Source of the DNA: Mobula hypostoma
Taxonomy: Eukaryota
Length of the DNA: 64,000 nucleotides
Direction: 5' to 3'
NCBI RefSeq assembly: GCF_963921235.1
Contig: NC_086097.1
Coordinates: forward strand, 155,684,001-155,748,000
Within the stretch, counting starts at the first letter, position 1; every line of letters starts with the position of its first letter. The translations under genes and the position numbers were made by a program. Below, in pieces: positions 62,851 to 64,000 of the stretch. The notes beneath the pieces are model-generated. The model was not told where the DNA came from, searched no databases, and saw only the letters and a program-made list of their open reading frames with translations.

Positions 62851-63339
62851 GGTGTAAAATCCTGTAGGCATGTAGTACTACTAGGCTCAAGTACAGCTTC
62901 TATTCTGAAGTAATAAGCTTACTAATGGTACCATGGTATTATAAATTGGACTCTTAACCTCTCAATCTATCTAATGATGTTTACCTGACTGTCCTGAACG
63001 TGTTTAGTTTGAGTGCCCAGATAAGTACAATTTTATGATAAATACAACATCCCATACAGATTTCTTATGGAGCAATAATTTTTTTCTAGTTGAATATGGG
63101 ACATGGACAAAGCCCTCTTTGCTTCGAACATCCCTTCTGCTTCTCTCTTTTTCTCCCCCAGCTGGGAAGATTACAATTAAATTTTCACTTTGTTTTTGAT
63201 GTCCGTAGTGATCACTGGCTTGAAATTGACCCATGTAGATTGGGTGATTGTGCAGAGAAATAATGTGAGCTGTAAGACAGCCCACGTAAGAAACTAATTT
63301 TCCATTTAAATATTACATTCCATTCAATTGCTGGCAACT

Positions 63340-63560
63340 TTGCAAGGCAATGATTTTGTCTGCAGCAAGTTCTCACAGATTGATCAGTAATAGATAATCT
63401 TTTTCAAAGAAGTGTTGATGAGGAATATGTATTTTACAGACCCCAGCTAACATTCAGAATCTTTATCTTTACAATGTTAGATTGGATCATATATTCACCT
63501 GTAGGGGGAGATGGAGACTTACTTTAATGTCTCTTCTGAAGGACGTGTAATGAGAAGGTT
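63340..63560 (-). mobile_element. Ancient Deu-domain SINE remnant (SacSINE1/AmnSINE1-like)
   Basis: cagcaagttctcaca...gataatct...tgttgatgaggaat...cacctg...tttaatgtctc.tctgaaggac follows the antisense Deu-SINE core as I recall it; highly diverged. Confidence 0.45.
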
Positions 63561-64000
63561 AAAAACAGATATTTTTACTCAAAATGGAGTTGTCAGTGCA
63601 CTGTCTCCACAATGAGCAGGTATTTTAATCAGGAAGATAAGTGAAACAAGTAGCCTTGATTCATGGGGTCCTTGAGACCTGGAAGCATGCAAACGTGAGA
63701 CATTAGGACTGTGAAATGATGTTTTTTTTCTCTTGGAGATGAGCAAGACTGGTTCAGCTGACAATGTAAAATTTGTTAAGATATAATTAGGTTTAGAATT
63801 GCATCTGACTGGAATGTATAGATTAGAAACAAATAGAGGGTTTTCTTGATTATATAAGTGTGAGTAGTAAGCAAGCTCATTGGACTCTCGGACCGGAATC
63901 ATGATCAGTTCCAGGGATCTTCGAGGTTGTCCAAACCAGTCATGTAAATTGGAGTACGTGACAGGCAAAAAGGTATGAAACTTGTTCTTTCATCGATCAT

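Noticed and set aside
63579..63972. 129-aa minus ORF, and a plus-strand CPNQSCKLEYVTGKK|gtatga exon-like stretch
   Set aside because: No recognisable domain; the plus frame has stops just upstream and no good acceptor.

Overview
This is vertebrate genomic DNA that is mostly transposable element. The repeat repertoire (CR1 with octamer tails, Penelope-like, Rex1/Babar, V-SINE, Deu-SINE) points to a cartilaginous fish, probably a ray; that taxonomic call is my inference. I can support no host protein-coding gene, so the window looks intergenic or deep intronic. Nearly every recognisable ORF belongs to a decayed TE. The window contains: many CR1 LINE fragments, including two ~99% identical young copies; Rex1/Babar, L2 and L1/Tx1 LINE pieces; Penelope-like elements (RT + GIY-YIG) with decayed hammerhead-ribozyme motifs; two degenerate Gypsy proviruses of one family; six or seven solo-LTR copies, most with TG..CA termini and target-site duplications (TSDs); an IR/DR-type Tc1 (DD34E); a Tigger/pogo-derived element; and tRNA-derived SINEs. 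Many insertions are nested, with readable TSDs. The most unusual object is a 1,287-bp solo-LTR-like insert (5604-6890) with foamy-virus-like termini and an internal degenerate C2H2-finger-like reading frame. I found no convincing wholly new biological system. Family names come from motif recognition, not database searches. Boundaries without a TSD or TIR are approximate.
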